The notes beneath the pieces are model-generated. The model was not told where the DNA came from, made no database searches, and saw only the letters and a program-made list of their open reading frames with translations. Shown here piece by piece: positions 10,450-24,000 of a DNA stretch of 64,000 nucleotides; positions within the stretch are counted from its first letter, which is position 1; the number at the start of each line of letters is the position of its first letter. A program made the translations under genes and the position numbers. The stretch comes from Ginglymostoma cirratum. Lineage: Eukaryota. The DNA is taken from the NCBI GenBank assembly GCA_024137785.1, contig JAHRHZ010000141.1, positions 1,025,064-1,089,063 of the forward strand. Reading direction: 5' to 3'.

Positions 10450-11136
10450 CGTGGAAGAAAAAGTTTACATCACAAGAGTAGATGGGAATTTAGGCCAAAA
10501 CAGAAAATACATCGCAAGGGTAGATGGGAATTTAGGCCAAGACAGAAAAGGCAGCCATGGGAGAATCTCATGGCATACAGACATAATTTTAGTTAGTTTA
10601 ACATGTGGGATTTTAATGAACTTAGCAGAAGTCAGGAGGTAGTTACTCAGACTGTGTTATCACTATGTGCATGTTATCTTAGCTAGAGTTAGAGAAAGAT
10701 CTCTTGATATATTGTCATTATATCAAGGTTTTAGGCTGAATTAGAGATGTCCGTTATATCCCCGTGGGGCCGAGTTATTGATAAGCTAGCGTTAAATCAA
10801 CCCGTATACCACGCCACATGCTGGCTGCATGCCGAAGGTCATTTGCAAAAATAATTATTAAGGTATTTGTAAAAAAGCATTCTTGTTATCTCGAGCAGTG
10901 TCTGTTTTCTTTACACTTACTATGAGTGAATCAGCAAACAAAAGATATCACGGGCACATCCTGCTGTGAAGTTAATTGTATAAATGAGATTGTTGTACTC
11001 TGTGTTAGCAGAGTCGGGTGTCGGTGGGGATGTACTCTCACTTTCCTTGGTACCAAGTAAGAAATTAAGCTGCTTCGAACGAGAACTGGAATCAAGTATC
11101 GTTATTGGTTTATTAGAAATAAAAATTGCTACGACA
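10450..11136 (+). repeat. 3' LTR (687 bp)
   Basis: cGTGGAAG...ctacgACA followed by the TSD; colinear with the 5' LTR; 42-bp duplication at 10466-10549. Confidence 0.95.
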
Positions 11137-11948
11137 CTGTTCATTAACCAACATTGCTATTTAGAAAATAATTTTATCCAAAATACGCGTATCTAACGTT
11201 TTTCATTCATAATAGTGACAAAAGGTATACATTAGGCAGTCAGTGCAATTGTTTCAATCCGTGCATGTTATGCCAACAGCATGTCCAACAATTCAAAGAC
11301 AAATTAATGATTTCAGTTAATAAACAATTGAATGAAAATCTTCTAAATCTTACTTTCAGCCTTTGGTTCCTTCAGAAAGATTATACGTTGCCGTTTGAAA
11401 TCGAGATAAAATTTACACTGTCTTACCTTCTTTAGCTTCCTTGAGCTCTGGGAATCAAAATTCCACGAATGAATATGTGGTTTTATGGTTTCCACAGCCG
11501 AGTTACAGGTATTCCGAAAATACATGATGCATTTGTCCAAACATTGCGTCACAGCTTATCAGTTACATCATGCAAACAATGATTTTCCAACCGTGAACCA
11601 CTAGAATTTCAGCAGTTTAAGTCGAAACAGAGTTTTGTTTAAGTATACAGCTTTCCATATCCAGATCGTTTTGTAATGATGTAAATAATCCAGGCTAATA
11701 TGTTATCTTGCTGTGTTCTTCTAATGCCTGAGAGGTCTATATATTTAAAGACCACTTTCAGAAAAGTCATTGTTGACCTATACGTGGAAGATAAAATTAA
11801 AATTTTGACTGGAAAATATCATTAGCGTAGTACCACTAAAATAATGAGATGAAACCATTTGCTTCGCACCTGAATTTCTAAAGAAACCTACGCAGTTATG
11901 TGACTCAATAGATCGTGCTGTTGTTTCACAGTTCCAGAGAGCGGAAGT

Positions 11949-12142
11949 GACTGTCAGTGTGGACGTTGCAGTCTCCCAGTGTCTCCATTTTTACCTAGGT
12001 GTTTCAGTTTTCGCCCACAGTCGAAAGACATGCAGGCTGTGTGATCTGTCACGAGTAAAGCAAGTTTACTGTGAGGTGGTAAAGGGATGCTCTTCGAAAG
12101 TTCGGTGTGGACTCAATGGGACAAATGGCCTGCTTCCACACA
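11949..12142 (+). mobile_element. Degenerate HE1/V-SINE-like SINE fragment
   Basis: gtgtggacgttgcagtctcccagtgtct...cccacagtcgaaagacatgcagg V-domain-like core plus CR1-type tail ggactcaatgggacaaatggcctgcttccaca. Confidence 0.65.
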
Positions 12143-15029
12143 GACGGGTGTCCGATAATTCTTTGACTCAATACACGTATAGTCATAGTCAGAGATACCT
12201 GGTCTGTAGACCTCGTGTTTAATTTAAGATTGCAGAAAGGATGCTGAAAAAAGGCTTTGACAAACAAAGAAGGATTTGGAGCTCTCCGTTACCCAACTCA
12301 GAATCTGAAACCTCGAAGCAACATAAATAATCAATCAATTGACATTAGGATTGAATGTTATTATTGTATTCATTCATTCACGGATTACACGATTCATTGT
12401 GCAGGACAATGTTTACTGAACCATCCCGATTGAGGCCAAAAAAGCTTTTAGCACTTATGTCTGAGGATGGTATACTGGCAGTACACAGTTAATTAAGCGC
12501 ATTAATAAACTAGAAGGGCGCGTATGACAAAGGTTGACGTGTATTCATAGGATGATGAGGGGGCTGGAAATTGCTATTGTACACAGTTTCTTTTGATTAT
12601 TTTTCAGGTTAATCTTTTTTCTTCATCAAAACTCATTGTTAGTTTTATCATTACAATCATTCCAAAGTATCCAAAATTAAATAATTTTAAAAACAGAAAA
12701 CAAAGAAAAACGTCAATGGTAGTAATTTAACAACAAAGTAGCCCATGTTTGTTCTATTCTCAAGAATGTTTCTTGGACTTCTAACATAATTATTACTTGT
12801 ATTAAAGTGTTGTATGCTTTTCAAGCTTCCATACAAATGTTTGACTGGAATGTTTGACATTAGTATCACCATGTTGGAAATAACTTTAATGTGGATAGTT
12901 ACACTTTGTGTAGGTTGGGAATTCAAAACTAAATAAAACACTAATGATTCCAATTGCGTTCTTACAGATAAATAGAAATGTTCGTTCTGTATCTTCACAT
13001 CAAACATGCAGTATAGGTTTATACACGCTTTTTCCACGAATCAATAAATTTATATTTGAAAAATGTGTACCGATTGTTTCGGACATGCTCATACTGATGT
13101 CCACGGTGTAATTACCTCATTGATCGTACATTTTTCATCCATGGCGCAATGTTTGCACATTTTCGCATAACAGCACTTCTGGGCATTTTTATCACTCCAG
13201 TTGTTTACTGAGACATTGGCACTTGCAATAACTGAACATGTAATGCGACTGCTGCTTCTGCTACTAATAAGATTTTCTCTGATCACCTTGAAAAATAAAT
13301 TGAATATTTGCACTCTGCTGGTAAACTTTGTTGACAAGTGCTTGCACAGTTTTGTTACACATACACAAAATTACTCGGAGAAGAATGTATCCTGAATTCC
13401 GCATTATCTATAGCAGCAATATCTCATCTGAAGAGATAATTATTTCATTCTTGTCTGATTCCTCCCGAAGAAACTACTAATGAGCCTCACATATAATCTA
13501 AACCTGGAAATGATACGCTCTTCATGTCTAAACTTTGAATAGAGTCAAAGTTAATGTTACGTTTTACAGAAAACTTTAAATATGATTACTTTCTCTTTAA
13601 CACTGGACTTATTATTACTGTTGCTATGAAAACGCTGTTTCCACACATTAATTGAGACATTTATTTCCTACTGTTACTGCCATGACATATTGAACTGTCT
13701 ACTTGGCAAACAAAAGAAACCATTTTGTCACATTTATTTTCATTTTCAACACTATCCTAACACGAACACAGACAACATGTATTGTGACTGATGTTCGTAA
13801 AAGTTACACTTCCTCATATCACATTTTCTTGTAAAATCCAAACATTCTGCAAAATAGTGCAAAATAGCAATTTTAATCATGAATGGAGAGAAATCCTTCC
13901 AAGGACAAGTGTTAGAAAGGAATATTGTTGGAGAGAACTGATGTAAGAGAAGGAGATTCTATTAAATTTGAATTTTGTTAAGCAACGTGAGAAACTAATA
14001 CAGTTTTTTTTTGAAAATGTAATTCGTTGGTAATTTTATAATTAGAAGTCGAGTCGATATGTTGAAATTATGTAAAGGTATATTGTATTGGAACAGCATC
14101 GAAGTATTGCAGCACTGTTCATCACAAGATTATTGAAAACTGCAAAAGAGCTTTAATCATCACAAATGGAACATATCAAAAATCAAAGTAAACAGATGCA
14201 TACTCAAGGGCGAGAGAGGAATCATAATGTCAGTAAGGCATGAATTTGGATACGGGGACAAGATTTAAGATCGAAGAAAACGGTGCAGAAAAGTGCTTTA
14301 TTTGGAGTGTTATGGAAGGTTTAACGCACTCAGCAGTTGAAAGTCCAGCAAACGAGAGTGAAGAATGTATTAACAATAATACACAGGAGCAAGTGATTAA
14401 TTTAAAGAGATACCATTTTGTTTTGTTTATTTCCAGATTTGATAATAATTTGTCAGACCAGTAGTCGCTCCCCACGTGTGAATATACAAATGGAGATTGT
14501 GGGGGATACCAGCAGCAAAGAAGAGAGTAGCAGATAGGATAATGTAATATTTAGGGGGCAGTTAGCAACATCAAGTATGCTGTGGGGGAGAAACAAATTA
14601 TCACCTACCGTTGCAGCAGAATGAAGGACAGTGAAGCAGGCACTGACCTTCTGTTCAGAACATTGGTGCTAAACAGTGACAAAGCTTTCTAAACCTGACT
14701 TATTTTCATCCGAATACACTGTGACTAAACTTTATTCAATTTCCCTTGCTACCAAATAAAATGCCACTTTGCCTCACTTTTCTTGCTTGGATGTATTATT
14801 TGGTTTCCTATGCCACAGTCAGATAAAACATCTTTGCTAGATTTCTTAGGTTTTTGCATGTAAGTATCATTTATTTTTAATGCAACCACCTCTTATTTGT
14901 CTTTACGCTTCAATCAAGATGAGTGTTCGTCATCTGAATAAACATTCAAATTGAAGTAAAGCAGGTGACTTCAGGAATTCTGTAGCTTGGTGCCAGAACG
15001 ATGGCAGGGAATCAATCAATTAAATAAAA

Positions 15030-15195
15030 TAACACAAAAGACATTAAATCATTGAGTGTGCTCAAGACGGAGGTCTTGATTGTCAAGGAGATCAAGGGTT
15101 ACAGGGAGAAAGTGGGAGAATGGTGTTAAAAAACTCATGAGCCATTATTGAATTCCAGACCGGGCTCAATGGGTTGAATGATGTAATTTCTTCTC
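15030..15195 (+). mobile_element. Old CR1 LINE 3' end
   Basis: tcaagggttacagggagaaagtgggagaatgg...gctcaatgggttgaatg CR1 3'UTR-like sequence. Confidence 0.55.
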
Positions 15196-15550
15196 CCCCA
15201 GTTTATGTTGTAATTCTCTGCTGAGGGCAGACAAGTGGCAAAAGAAGCAATGAGCTGTGTTTAAATGACTGGTTACTGGAAAGTCACTGTCATGCTTGTG
15301 CATGGAACTTTGCAGGTGTTCTGCAAAGCAATCACACAGTCTGCATTTCGTTTCACCAGATAAGTGTAGGTCACATTATGTACAGTGAATACAGTGTGCA
15401 AGTTTAGAGAGGGTTCATGTGAAATGCTGCTTAAACTGGAAAAAAATGTTTTGGCCCTTGCATGGTGAGTATGGAGGAGGTGAAGGGCCTGCTTACAAAC
15501 TTCTGCGATTGAATTCAAAGCTTTCAAATTGTGAGAAAATTCCTTTCCTT

Positions 15551-15901
15551 TCATAGAATCCTTAAAGTATGGAAATAGGCCATTTGGCACAACAAGTTCA
15601 CATTCCCACCTCCACCACCCCCCGACCCCGGCAAAGAGTTACCAATCCAGACCCATTCCTTTACCCCTGTATCTCCCATGTCTAAGTTAAACACCCCTGA
15701 GCACTATTAGCAACCTAGCATGGCCAATCCACCTACCCTGCACATCTTTGGACTGTGGGAGGAAATCGGGAAGCTCAGAGGAAATGTACGCAGATACGGT
15801 GAGAGTGTGCAACCCCCACACAATCACCCGAGGCTGGAATAGCACCTGGGTAACTGACGCTGTGAGACAGCAATATTAAACACTGAGCCACCCTACCGCC
15901 C
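15551..15901 (-). mobile_element. HE1/V-SINE-like SINE, near full length
   Basis: Reverse strand has tRNA-like head (gggcggtagggtggctcagtg), V-core (ttcctcccacagtccaaagatgtgcagg) and CR1-type tail. Confidence 0.85.
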
Positions 15902-16114
15902 ATTCGTTCAATTTTCCTTGCTACATTCTCTGTCACCCTCTCTTCCTTCTTCCATCCCCATGGCTCTATCTGTTCTTTCCAGTCTGGCAGGTAGACACAG
16001 CATCGTTGCGTCATTTTCACATTCCGATCAGTTAATTGGAAATATCGACATCTATACTTCTTTTTCCTCGCTAGGATCACTGCCTAAATATTGCATCCTC
16101 CACCTTTCACTTCA

Positions 16115-16205
16115 GCTCGGATGAAGAGTCACATAGATTAAAAACTTTACACCACATCTATTCTTGGATACTGCCCACACCGCTGTGCTCTCCAGCGTTA
16201 TTTTT
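16115..16205 (+). mobile_element. Highly degenerate PLE-tail-derived short repeat
   Basis: cggatgaagagtcac...gatactgcccacaccgctgtgctctccagc resembles the hammerhead-containing tail of the PLE copies. Confidence 0.35.
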
Positions 16206-16477
16206 ATCTTTTGTTTTCATTTATATTGTGCTATCCAAGTTGCTTACAACAGTTAAACCCGAAAAGTATTATTATATCAAATTGAACGTACATAAAATGA
16301 CAAGAATGAAAGTGTGGTGTTACATTTCTAACACGTGTTCGCGGCAGACTTGGAAGAGAACACATAATTGCCTGTCATTCTTGGGCCGGCTGCGCCACTC
16401 ACGGTTTTCACACAATTTGTTATGTGTAAGAGAATTTGGTGAATTTAACGGTGTGTTTTATAGAGCATACATATTAC

Positions 16478-16800
16478 ACAGAATGTCTACAGATTGGAAA
16501 AAGGCCATTTAGCCCAAAAAGTCCACGGAAGAAGAGCATTCCCATAAACGTTAACCTTGCATTTCCTATGGCTAACAAACCTATCCTGCACATCCCTATA
16601 CACGACGGGTAATTTAGCACGGCAAATTCTCCATACGTGCATATCTTTGGACTTTGGGAGGAATCCGAAACAGCCAACTTAAAGTGCAGGCACACGGAAA
16701 ACATGCAAACTCCAAACAGACAGTGACGGGAGGGCAGATTCAAACGCAGATGCCTGGAGCTGTTAGACAACAGTGCCAAACACTGAGCCACCGTATCGCC
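16478..16800 (-). mobile_element. HE1/V-SINE-like SINE
   Basis: Same structure as 15551-15901 (ggtggctcagtg head; gtttgcatgttttccgtg; tcctcccaaagtccaaagatatgcacg). Confidence 0.85.
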
Positions 16801-16849
16801 TGTTGAATCAGTGATTCAGATTAGCAATGGTGAATTGAATTAATATTTA

Positions 16850-17130
16850 CAGTCAAAGGGTCATACAACACGGAAACAGACCCTTCAGTCCAACTCATCT
16901 GTCGCAACCACGTTTATAAAACTAAACTACTTCTACTTTTCTGCTTTGTCCCATGTCCCTCTAAACGTTCCCTGTTGATGCACCTGGCCAAATGTATGTT
17001 AAATGCTCTAAGTGTAACTACACCTACCACTTCCACATCCTCCCTGTGAAAAAGTTGACCCTCAGGTTTCTTTTAATCCTTTGTCATCTCAGATTAAAGA
17101 TATACCTCTTTGTTTTGAAATCCCCCGCTC
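16850..17130 (-). mobile_element. CR1 LINE 3' end fragment
   Basis: gtcatacaacacggaaacagacccttcagtccaac...ccctgtgaaaaagttgaccctcagg matches the other minus-strand CR1 tails (56150, 62272). Confidence 0.65.
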
Positions 17131-20100
17131 TGGGGAAAAGAACTTTGTTATTCACCTTAAATGTGCCCCTCAAGATTTTCTGCACCGCTCTATGATTCTG
17201 GATTTTCCACCGAACAACAAGCAGATTTTACCTTGGAGCTATTTGCATTTCGTGAGTGACATTTCGAGCCTACCTGAACGAAATAAGACAACTAGAAGAC
17301 ATGCCCCGCTTATGCCTTGCAGGTGTTGGCGCTTCAAGAAAGTGAAGACTCTCTGTAGCGTTTCCAACCCCTGAACTGATCCTTTACTAATACAGTAAGT
17401 GAAGTTCGTTTTCTATGAATGCTAACGTGCTGGAACTTATTAATGAGCGACTTCTTGATGGCATTGTCTGTCGTTGAATTGCAAGAAGAGATTGCTAGAA
17501 ACATTCTTCGTGTATCCACGCATTTTCGAACAATTGTGTGGTGGAGAGATGAGTTCAGACTTGTTGGTTCAATTTTGGATATTAACAAAAAACTGCTCTA
17601 ATTATACTATAATTTTTCGGTCTTTTGGAAGTTGTGGATGGTCCTTAATATCATAGCAAATCTCTATGCTGATTCTGTATTGGAGCGTATTTAATTGATG
17701 AAGCAATTGAAAACATTTAGGCCCAGGAGACCAGTCTGACTTACTGTTGCGGGGATATAATGGATCAGAGATTTCGTCACCCAACAAACAAAATAATATT
17801 AAGTTGTGTTGTGTGTGATATAAAAAGCAGTCCTTTCTCCCACAGTTCTCAAGGACTCTACTTTTCCTCTCTCCCTGACGCCAAACTCACTTAAATATGG
17901 GCATGATGTGAAGCGAAGTCACTATCACTTCATCTGTTGAATATACTCCCTTAGCTCATAATTGAGATAAAATTCATTTGTCGTATCGATTAGAAATGCC
18001 CCTGGCGGGAGACAAATCAAAAGTTAGTGACATTTACCTGATAAGGAGGTGTTGATATGTGCAGCTGACAAAATAAAAATGTCCATCGTGATTGAAACTC
18101 GATCGTTGTGCAATTAATGGGGTTCTTCTCACTGTGGAATTGACAGATCTGACTGTGCTTTCCAGTTGCTGCATTTATACAATTGTTCCAATCCCGTTTC
18201 TGGCGACGTATACGCTTGTGCAGGCCTTAAGTGAATACATTTTTAATGATTGTTATCATTTATTAATCTTGCCAGATATGCCACGGAGAAACAATTACAC
18301 TTCTTTTAAGATGCATACCAGCTGTCAAATGCATTATTTCTGAAGGCCATAATATACGTACCAAGTCAATTAGTTCTGCCAGATTCCTTTGATTATAATT
18401 GATTCACAAATCACACGGAATGCATTTGTAACGCAATGTTCAACTTCGAAAAAATTCTTGGACCATATTCTCCCAATACGAGAATGTAAATAAATGGTGA
18501 AATGGAGCATTATTATTTGTCTCAGGGCAAAAGAAAAGTAAAGGTGCAATCGTTGGAATGCTAACATTACAATGGAGAATAAAAACATGCATTGAAGGAT
18601 TGCATTTTCAGATCTAGAGCATTCCATGAGAGAAGCACATTTTCCAAGCATGCACAAACAATAGGTTTCAAGCATGGGGATGACTTTTTTCGTGTGAATC
18701 AGAGTAATAAAATAATTTCCCTCCTGGGACAATATTGTCCTGCTCAGAGCATTGTAAATTGTAGCAAGAATGTTGGAATATTCTTTAAACAATCAAAAAA
18801 CATAGCTCTATCCAATTTTGCCCTTGTCCTACACGTTATCACACCATTACTTTTTCACTTCAAAGTGCACTCTCTGATTATTTTACCTTTAACTTCTTAC
18901 CGTCCTGTTAGTACTATATAACAAAAAATTAAGCACAATTAATTTTGTCAACTTTATGTATTATTATGTGAAAAGTGACATATTTTTAATTCTGCATCCT
19001 GCAGCAGGATCAACGCATTTTAAAAGTTTGCATTTCTTGTTAAATTTGTACTGATGCACAAAAAGTTTCGCTGCTTCTTGGTAATTAGAAATTAGTTATT
19101 TATTCAAGAACAACACAGAACGAATGCTGTATGTGCCAGATATTTCTGATATTTTCACATCCTTAAGTGGAATTACCATGAATTCGGCAGCCTCCGCTGA
19201 ATCAAATTGTTTAAAAAATGTAACGACTGGGTGACTACATAATTGTTACAACTTGTCAGAGACTCACCATGGATCCCAGTGCTCGCTCTATGGAGTCAAT
19301 AAATTAACTGATGAGTAAACTATATGCATGCCTCGTATTCCATTTTCCATGACTTCCAATGCCCTTGTCAATTCCAGCGAACTCTCGACATCCCAGTCTG
19401 GGAAATATCACACACTTTAGCTCCCATTCTAGAAACAAATGAATTAACCAACTGATAATTCAATAGCTTTCACAATAAAACAGGTTACCACCCTGGTATC
19501 ACCCTGCTCAACAATTAACCCGAGATCCAGGAATCATTTAACCAATAAAATTTGCAATCTGTCACCTTTTCTTTCCCAAACAACCATTCACGTAAAAGAA
19601 ACAACCAAGCCCAAGCAGATTTCTTTTTTTTTAATCGATGCCATGTCAATTAACCTCCATTCTAGCTTTCCAGCTACCAGCTCACTCAGAGTTCCTATGT
19701 TCAATTGTTCCAGGCAAAACATTCATTCATCTACAATCCACTGCGCTGTCACTTACCCAGGTGCTTCCTTACGTCATGATTGTACAAAACTCTGTTTACG
19801 TGCACCTTGCAAATATTCTACTGCACAAACCTGTTTCTGTACAAAACTGCACGGTTAATCAGAGGAACTGCTGTAAGTTATGACTTTACTTCATTCAGAA
19901 CAGATCATTTGACGAGACATCCCAATAACCAACATGTTACTTTCGCCATCTATTTTACGTGAGGTTTAAAGTATTAGTTTGTGGGAGAGAATATTGGTGG
20001 TTCTCCAGCTCGGGTTTCAGGTCTCGGGTCCAGAGTTGTTGAAGTGTGCAACGAGTTATATATTGAAATATATTGACTATTGGCTCAATAAATAATGTGG

Positions 20101-21599
20101 CGTGTTGAACATATGTTTGTATGAACTCGAAAGCAAAGCATTACTCTTTAAACATTTATAGTCCATTAGTTTAATTGGCATGATTTCTTTTTCAATATTG
20201 TTTTTCTTTCCTTTTTTTATTTGCTTCAATTCGAAGTTTAATGCAATGTATCACTACAGCAGATTGAGTATCGCTGAGCCTTAATTATATTTGGTTCATA
20301 AGTTGCTAATTAAAACACTCTCGAGCACATGCCGATAATTCTGCTCCAGCTTGACCAAACTTGCACAACTCCAGACACACTCTGGTGTCTCTGAAGCAAT
20401 TGTTTACTTGCCATTGCCACAATAGTATCTGGCTGTCTCCACATATGGCCCTACAACACTGAGCCAACTTGTCCTACTATCCTCAGGACACTCTTACCCT
20501 TGTAGCTGACACCATTTCTGGCTGGAATACTTCACACCTCTTCCTCTGCTCCCTGACATCCTGAGACGACACGCTATTGACCGTCAAAGCTGACTCAATG
20601 CTCATGTGGGCACGCTGACAAACTTGTACGCAGTCAACTCCTTGTCTGGCAGCCTCGCAGCAAATCTGTCTCTCAACCTACTTAACAGCATCCTGATATC
20701 TGTCACCTCGTCTTACTGAGACAGAAACTAACGCCCATACAACTGTTTCCCAAGTGTCGAGTCTGTGATTCTGCACCTTGTAAGGTGCAGAATACGTCGA
20801 CTGACTGACGTGAAGCTATGAAAATTTGGATTTTCACGAAACCTGAGCATGACGGACAAACTGCCTGGAGGGAACTATGTTTCTACATTTTTAGAGAAGC
20901 TCTAACAGGAATCGCCTGTCTGAACTATGGAGCTCTGTCCTCAGAAACGATGGGATTAAGAGTCTGTCTGTGATTGTCTTTGGATAATGTGACCCATTGC
21001 AGCAAATACCATTGACAAAAAAAGCCAGACTTTTTTTCTGAACTTCTGCCCAAAATATCCGACTATTTGTACCAAACTCAATGTTTTTACATTTATTTCC
21101 ATCAGACATGTGTCAAACACCATCTCGAAAAGTATAATAAGCTAGTGCCCTCGACAACGGCTAAATAAAAAAACTTTATGGAACTGGAATTTTACTTAAT
21201 TTCTTTTCTGCAGATAAATTTGGTATTTCAGAATTAATCGTCTGGTGCTTGATTGCCCGAAATATTTGAAAATAGCCACAAACATTTGTGCTCCCAGTTA
21301 TATCACAAAATGACTGAATTCAAACAGAACACTTGACTGATTTCGAAACTTCAAATTATGAATGTCAAAGCTGCACTGAATTGATGCACCTGTCTCTCTT
21401 CGTCTTAATAATCAATACTCTTTTTTTCATTCTTTATAATGCACTCGTAACGCCATAAATTCTTTAAATTCGAATAGAAAATAAAACAAAAATGATGTTT
21501 GATCATTTGACGAGTATGCTTATTAACTGTACATCTCGACATAACGCATTCTCCTTTCAGGTACACAAATAGAAACATCGAGGCAAACTAAGCCCTTTT

Positions 21600-22330
21600 A
21601 GGAACAGACAGATTTGTCAGATGAGCTAATCAATACCAGATGGAATTGAACTTATGGAAGTGTGGAGTGATTCACTTCTGGAAATTGTAACTAAATGAAT
21701 AAGGAGTCAGTAGGAAGTTCTGAGAAACAGAAGGATCTTTGGATATTTATCCAGCGATATCTGAAGTCGTCAACATAGGTTAACAGAATGTTTAACAAGG
21801 CACATGGGATGCTTACCTTCATCAGTCGTGGCATCGACTATAAAACGAGAACAAGTTATTTTGGGCAATTCAAACGTTAGGTGGGCTTCTATCCGTTGTT
21901 TTCTGTGCTGTTCTGTTCCCTACAGTATAAAAATAATATGCTTGGACTAGAGTCGGATCAGAGGAGATCCACCAGAATGTTTCCTGTATTAAAGAATTGT
22001 AGCTATTAAGCGAGGCTGGACAGGCGCACACTGTTTTCTTTATGAATGATAAAAGGGGAAGAGGGACTTGTGAGGTATGTCAGGGTATGAGGATTTTGTA
22101 CAGAAGTCATAGATAGCAAAGGGTCCTCGTGGTTGAATGCTCATTAAACGATGAAGCATTGTTGTAATTTGAAGGATATGAGGTTGACAGATAATTGGAG
22201 GAACATAAAGTTTCCTAGAGTAATAAGGAAATCAGGAAGCACATTAATCCTGAAAGTAGTTAAGATGGGCATAGTTAGGATGTTTAAAAAATTGTACGCA
22301 TCTTTCAGCCAGGTGTTAGAAAGTTATATG
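21600..22330 (+). mobile_element. Old CR1 LINE RT/3' fragment
   Basis: cagatggaattgaac...aagtgtggagtgattcactt; aacaaggcacatgggatgcttaccttcatcagtcgtggcatcgactataa; ggagatccaccagaatg parallel 39605-40168. Confidence 0.65.
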
Positions 22331-23236
22331 CTGCATTTCTCTATGAATTTAAAAAGACCCAGTGGCTTTTAACGTTATCAAGAAGTTCTCTGTCAAATAA
22401 GCATGTTTTTTTTTTCATTCACAATTGTCTATTCACAGGTGACTTATCAGTATAAATTAGGAAGTTATGCAAATAATACATTACTGCTAAATTCATTAGA
22501 TATTATGAAATAGCACTTGAGTAAGTCAAAAATTCACGTGCAATTGGTGATGCAAAAATCTCCAAGGTTCAGTAACCGAGCAGCAACGGGACTGAAAATA
22601 GCATACCTAAAATAAAACGTTATTAAACAAAGGGAAGTGTTAAGAGACTGACTGACGTTAAATCTCCTTTGATGAATAGAAAATTTCAGCATAATGAGGA
22701 ACAAAATTATTTATTCGTTTCATTCTGGTTCTGAAATTGTAACTTCATGTTCAAAATTATTCATATTTCTTTCTGTGTGCTCTGAAATTGCAAATATATC
22801 CGTTTCAAATCGAAACATAGCGATATTTATCTTGGGAATATATTGTGTTCCCCGGTTCGTTGCGTGTTGATTGAATAATATGGATCAAATCTGCATTCCG
22901 TTAATCAAAACTGCACAAACAAACATAAAGCAACACAATCTTGCCTGTTCACTGTTTTCACATACAACCAATTCTGTAGTCTTTCATCTAAGCTATGATT
23001 ACTTTGACCACAATACATATTAACAAGACTTTACTCAAGTCTTCTTGTCAGTAAACAGGGAAACAGACCATCTAATTCAGTTTCCATCAACTCTGTTTTA
23101 TTAACAAATATTCTTTAGTAGCAAAAGAAAACACTACGTGAGAATTTCACAAATTCCAACAACATTTAATCTCTAATTCTATGAGTTTGAGAAACAATAC
23201 TACCTACAACTATAAACACGATTGAGCTGGGATTTG

Positions 23237-23375
23237 AGATAATAGGTATTGCAGATGCTGGAGAATCCGAGATAACAAGGTGCGGAGCTCAATGAACACC
23301 GCAGGCCCAACAGCATCATAGGAGCAGGAAAGCTTGACGTTTCGGGCCTAGACCCTTCATCAGAAAATGATGGGG
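23237..23375 (-). mobile_element. Solo Penelope-like element 3' tail containing hammerhead motif
   Basis: Close reverse-complement match to 51685-51815. Confidence 0.85.
23332..23367 (-). ncRNA. Minimal type I hammerhead ribozyme motif
   Basis: tttt-CTGATGA-a-GGG-tctagg-CCC-GAAAC-GTC-aagc on the minus strand. Confidence 0.65.
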
Positions 23376-23499
23376 TTTCCTTCCTCTCTTACATAATAAC
23401 AGCCTTCCAGGGAGAAGGGTCAGGTAGGCAAGAGGGCATCTTCTCACTCTCCTCAATTCATTGGAGCTCCTCTGCCCAGGAGAGTCGAATCCCTGCAGA

Positions 23500-24000
23500 G
23501 TCTTCATGAAGTCTTCACTGATGGACTGAGTTCCATGCACGCACATGATTTTATCTACCCTCATATATCACCTTCCAGAATATTCTGTGAAGACTGACTA
23601 ATGGAGTTACTCTTGAACCTTTGTAAGGCCATTGATCTTTGTTTCCACTGTTCTCTGCAGGCCTGTTTAAGCTCCTGTTTAAGGTACTTTGTACAATTTT
23701 CTCACAGGTGTGATTTCTCCATCTGTGAGACAATTTAGAATGTCAAATTTTGAACCCATGAATGCTTGACCAAAGATTGTTTCCCTGTCCTATTGAATTT
23801 TATATTGCTAAATGGTCTTCGTTCCCCGTGAAATTTTATAATGTTGACGTCTGCACAATGTCCATTTTGTTTGGACTTCTGCCAAGAAGTTCTGGATTTT
23901 TCAATGTCTAAAAGAAAACACCAAGTCACATTAATGGAGGTGATCCATCTATACCAAGCGAAATTTGAAGGGTACACTCAAAGATAACTAAACATCACTA
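23500..24000 (-). mobile_element. Possible very old Ty3/gypsy integrase relic
   Basis: HSWVQNL and HRWRNHTCEKIVQSTLN loosely recall HSDQGxNF and HPQGNGxCERFNRTLL in the correct order. Confidence 0.3.

Larger units (their letters stand above)
2148..11136 (+). mobile_element. Full-length decayed endogenous retrovirus (class I, epsilon/gamma-like): LTR-gag-pro-[2H PDE]-pol-env-LTR
   Basis: Paired LTRs, TG...CA outer termini, CTGTT direct repeat on both flanks (2143-2147, 11137-11141), PBS, PPT and Gag/PR/RT/RH/IN/Env motifs in order, with many stops and frameshifts. Confidence 0.97.

Noticed and set aside
15780-16800. tRNA genes
   Set aside because: The A/B-box-like segments are SINE heads that continue into V-core and LINE-type tails; no complete cloverleaf.
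17323-17394. Plus-strand exon-like segment (ttgcag|...|gtaagt)
   Set aside because: Stops in all three frames and no partner exons; such site pairs occur by chance.
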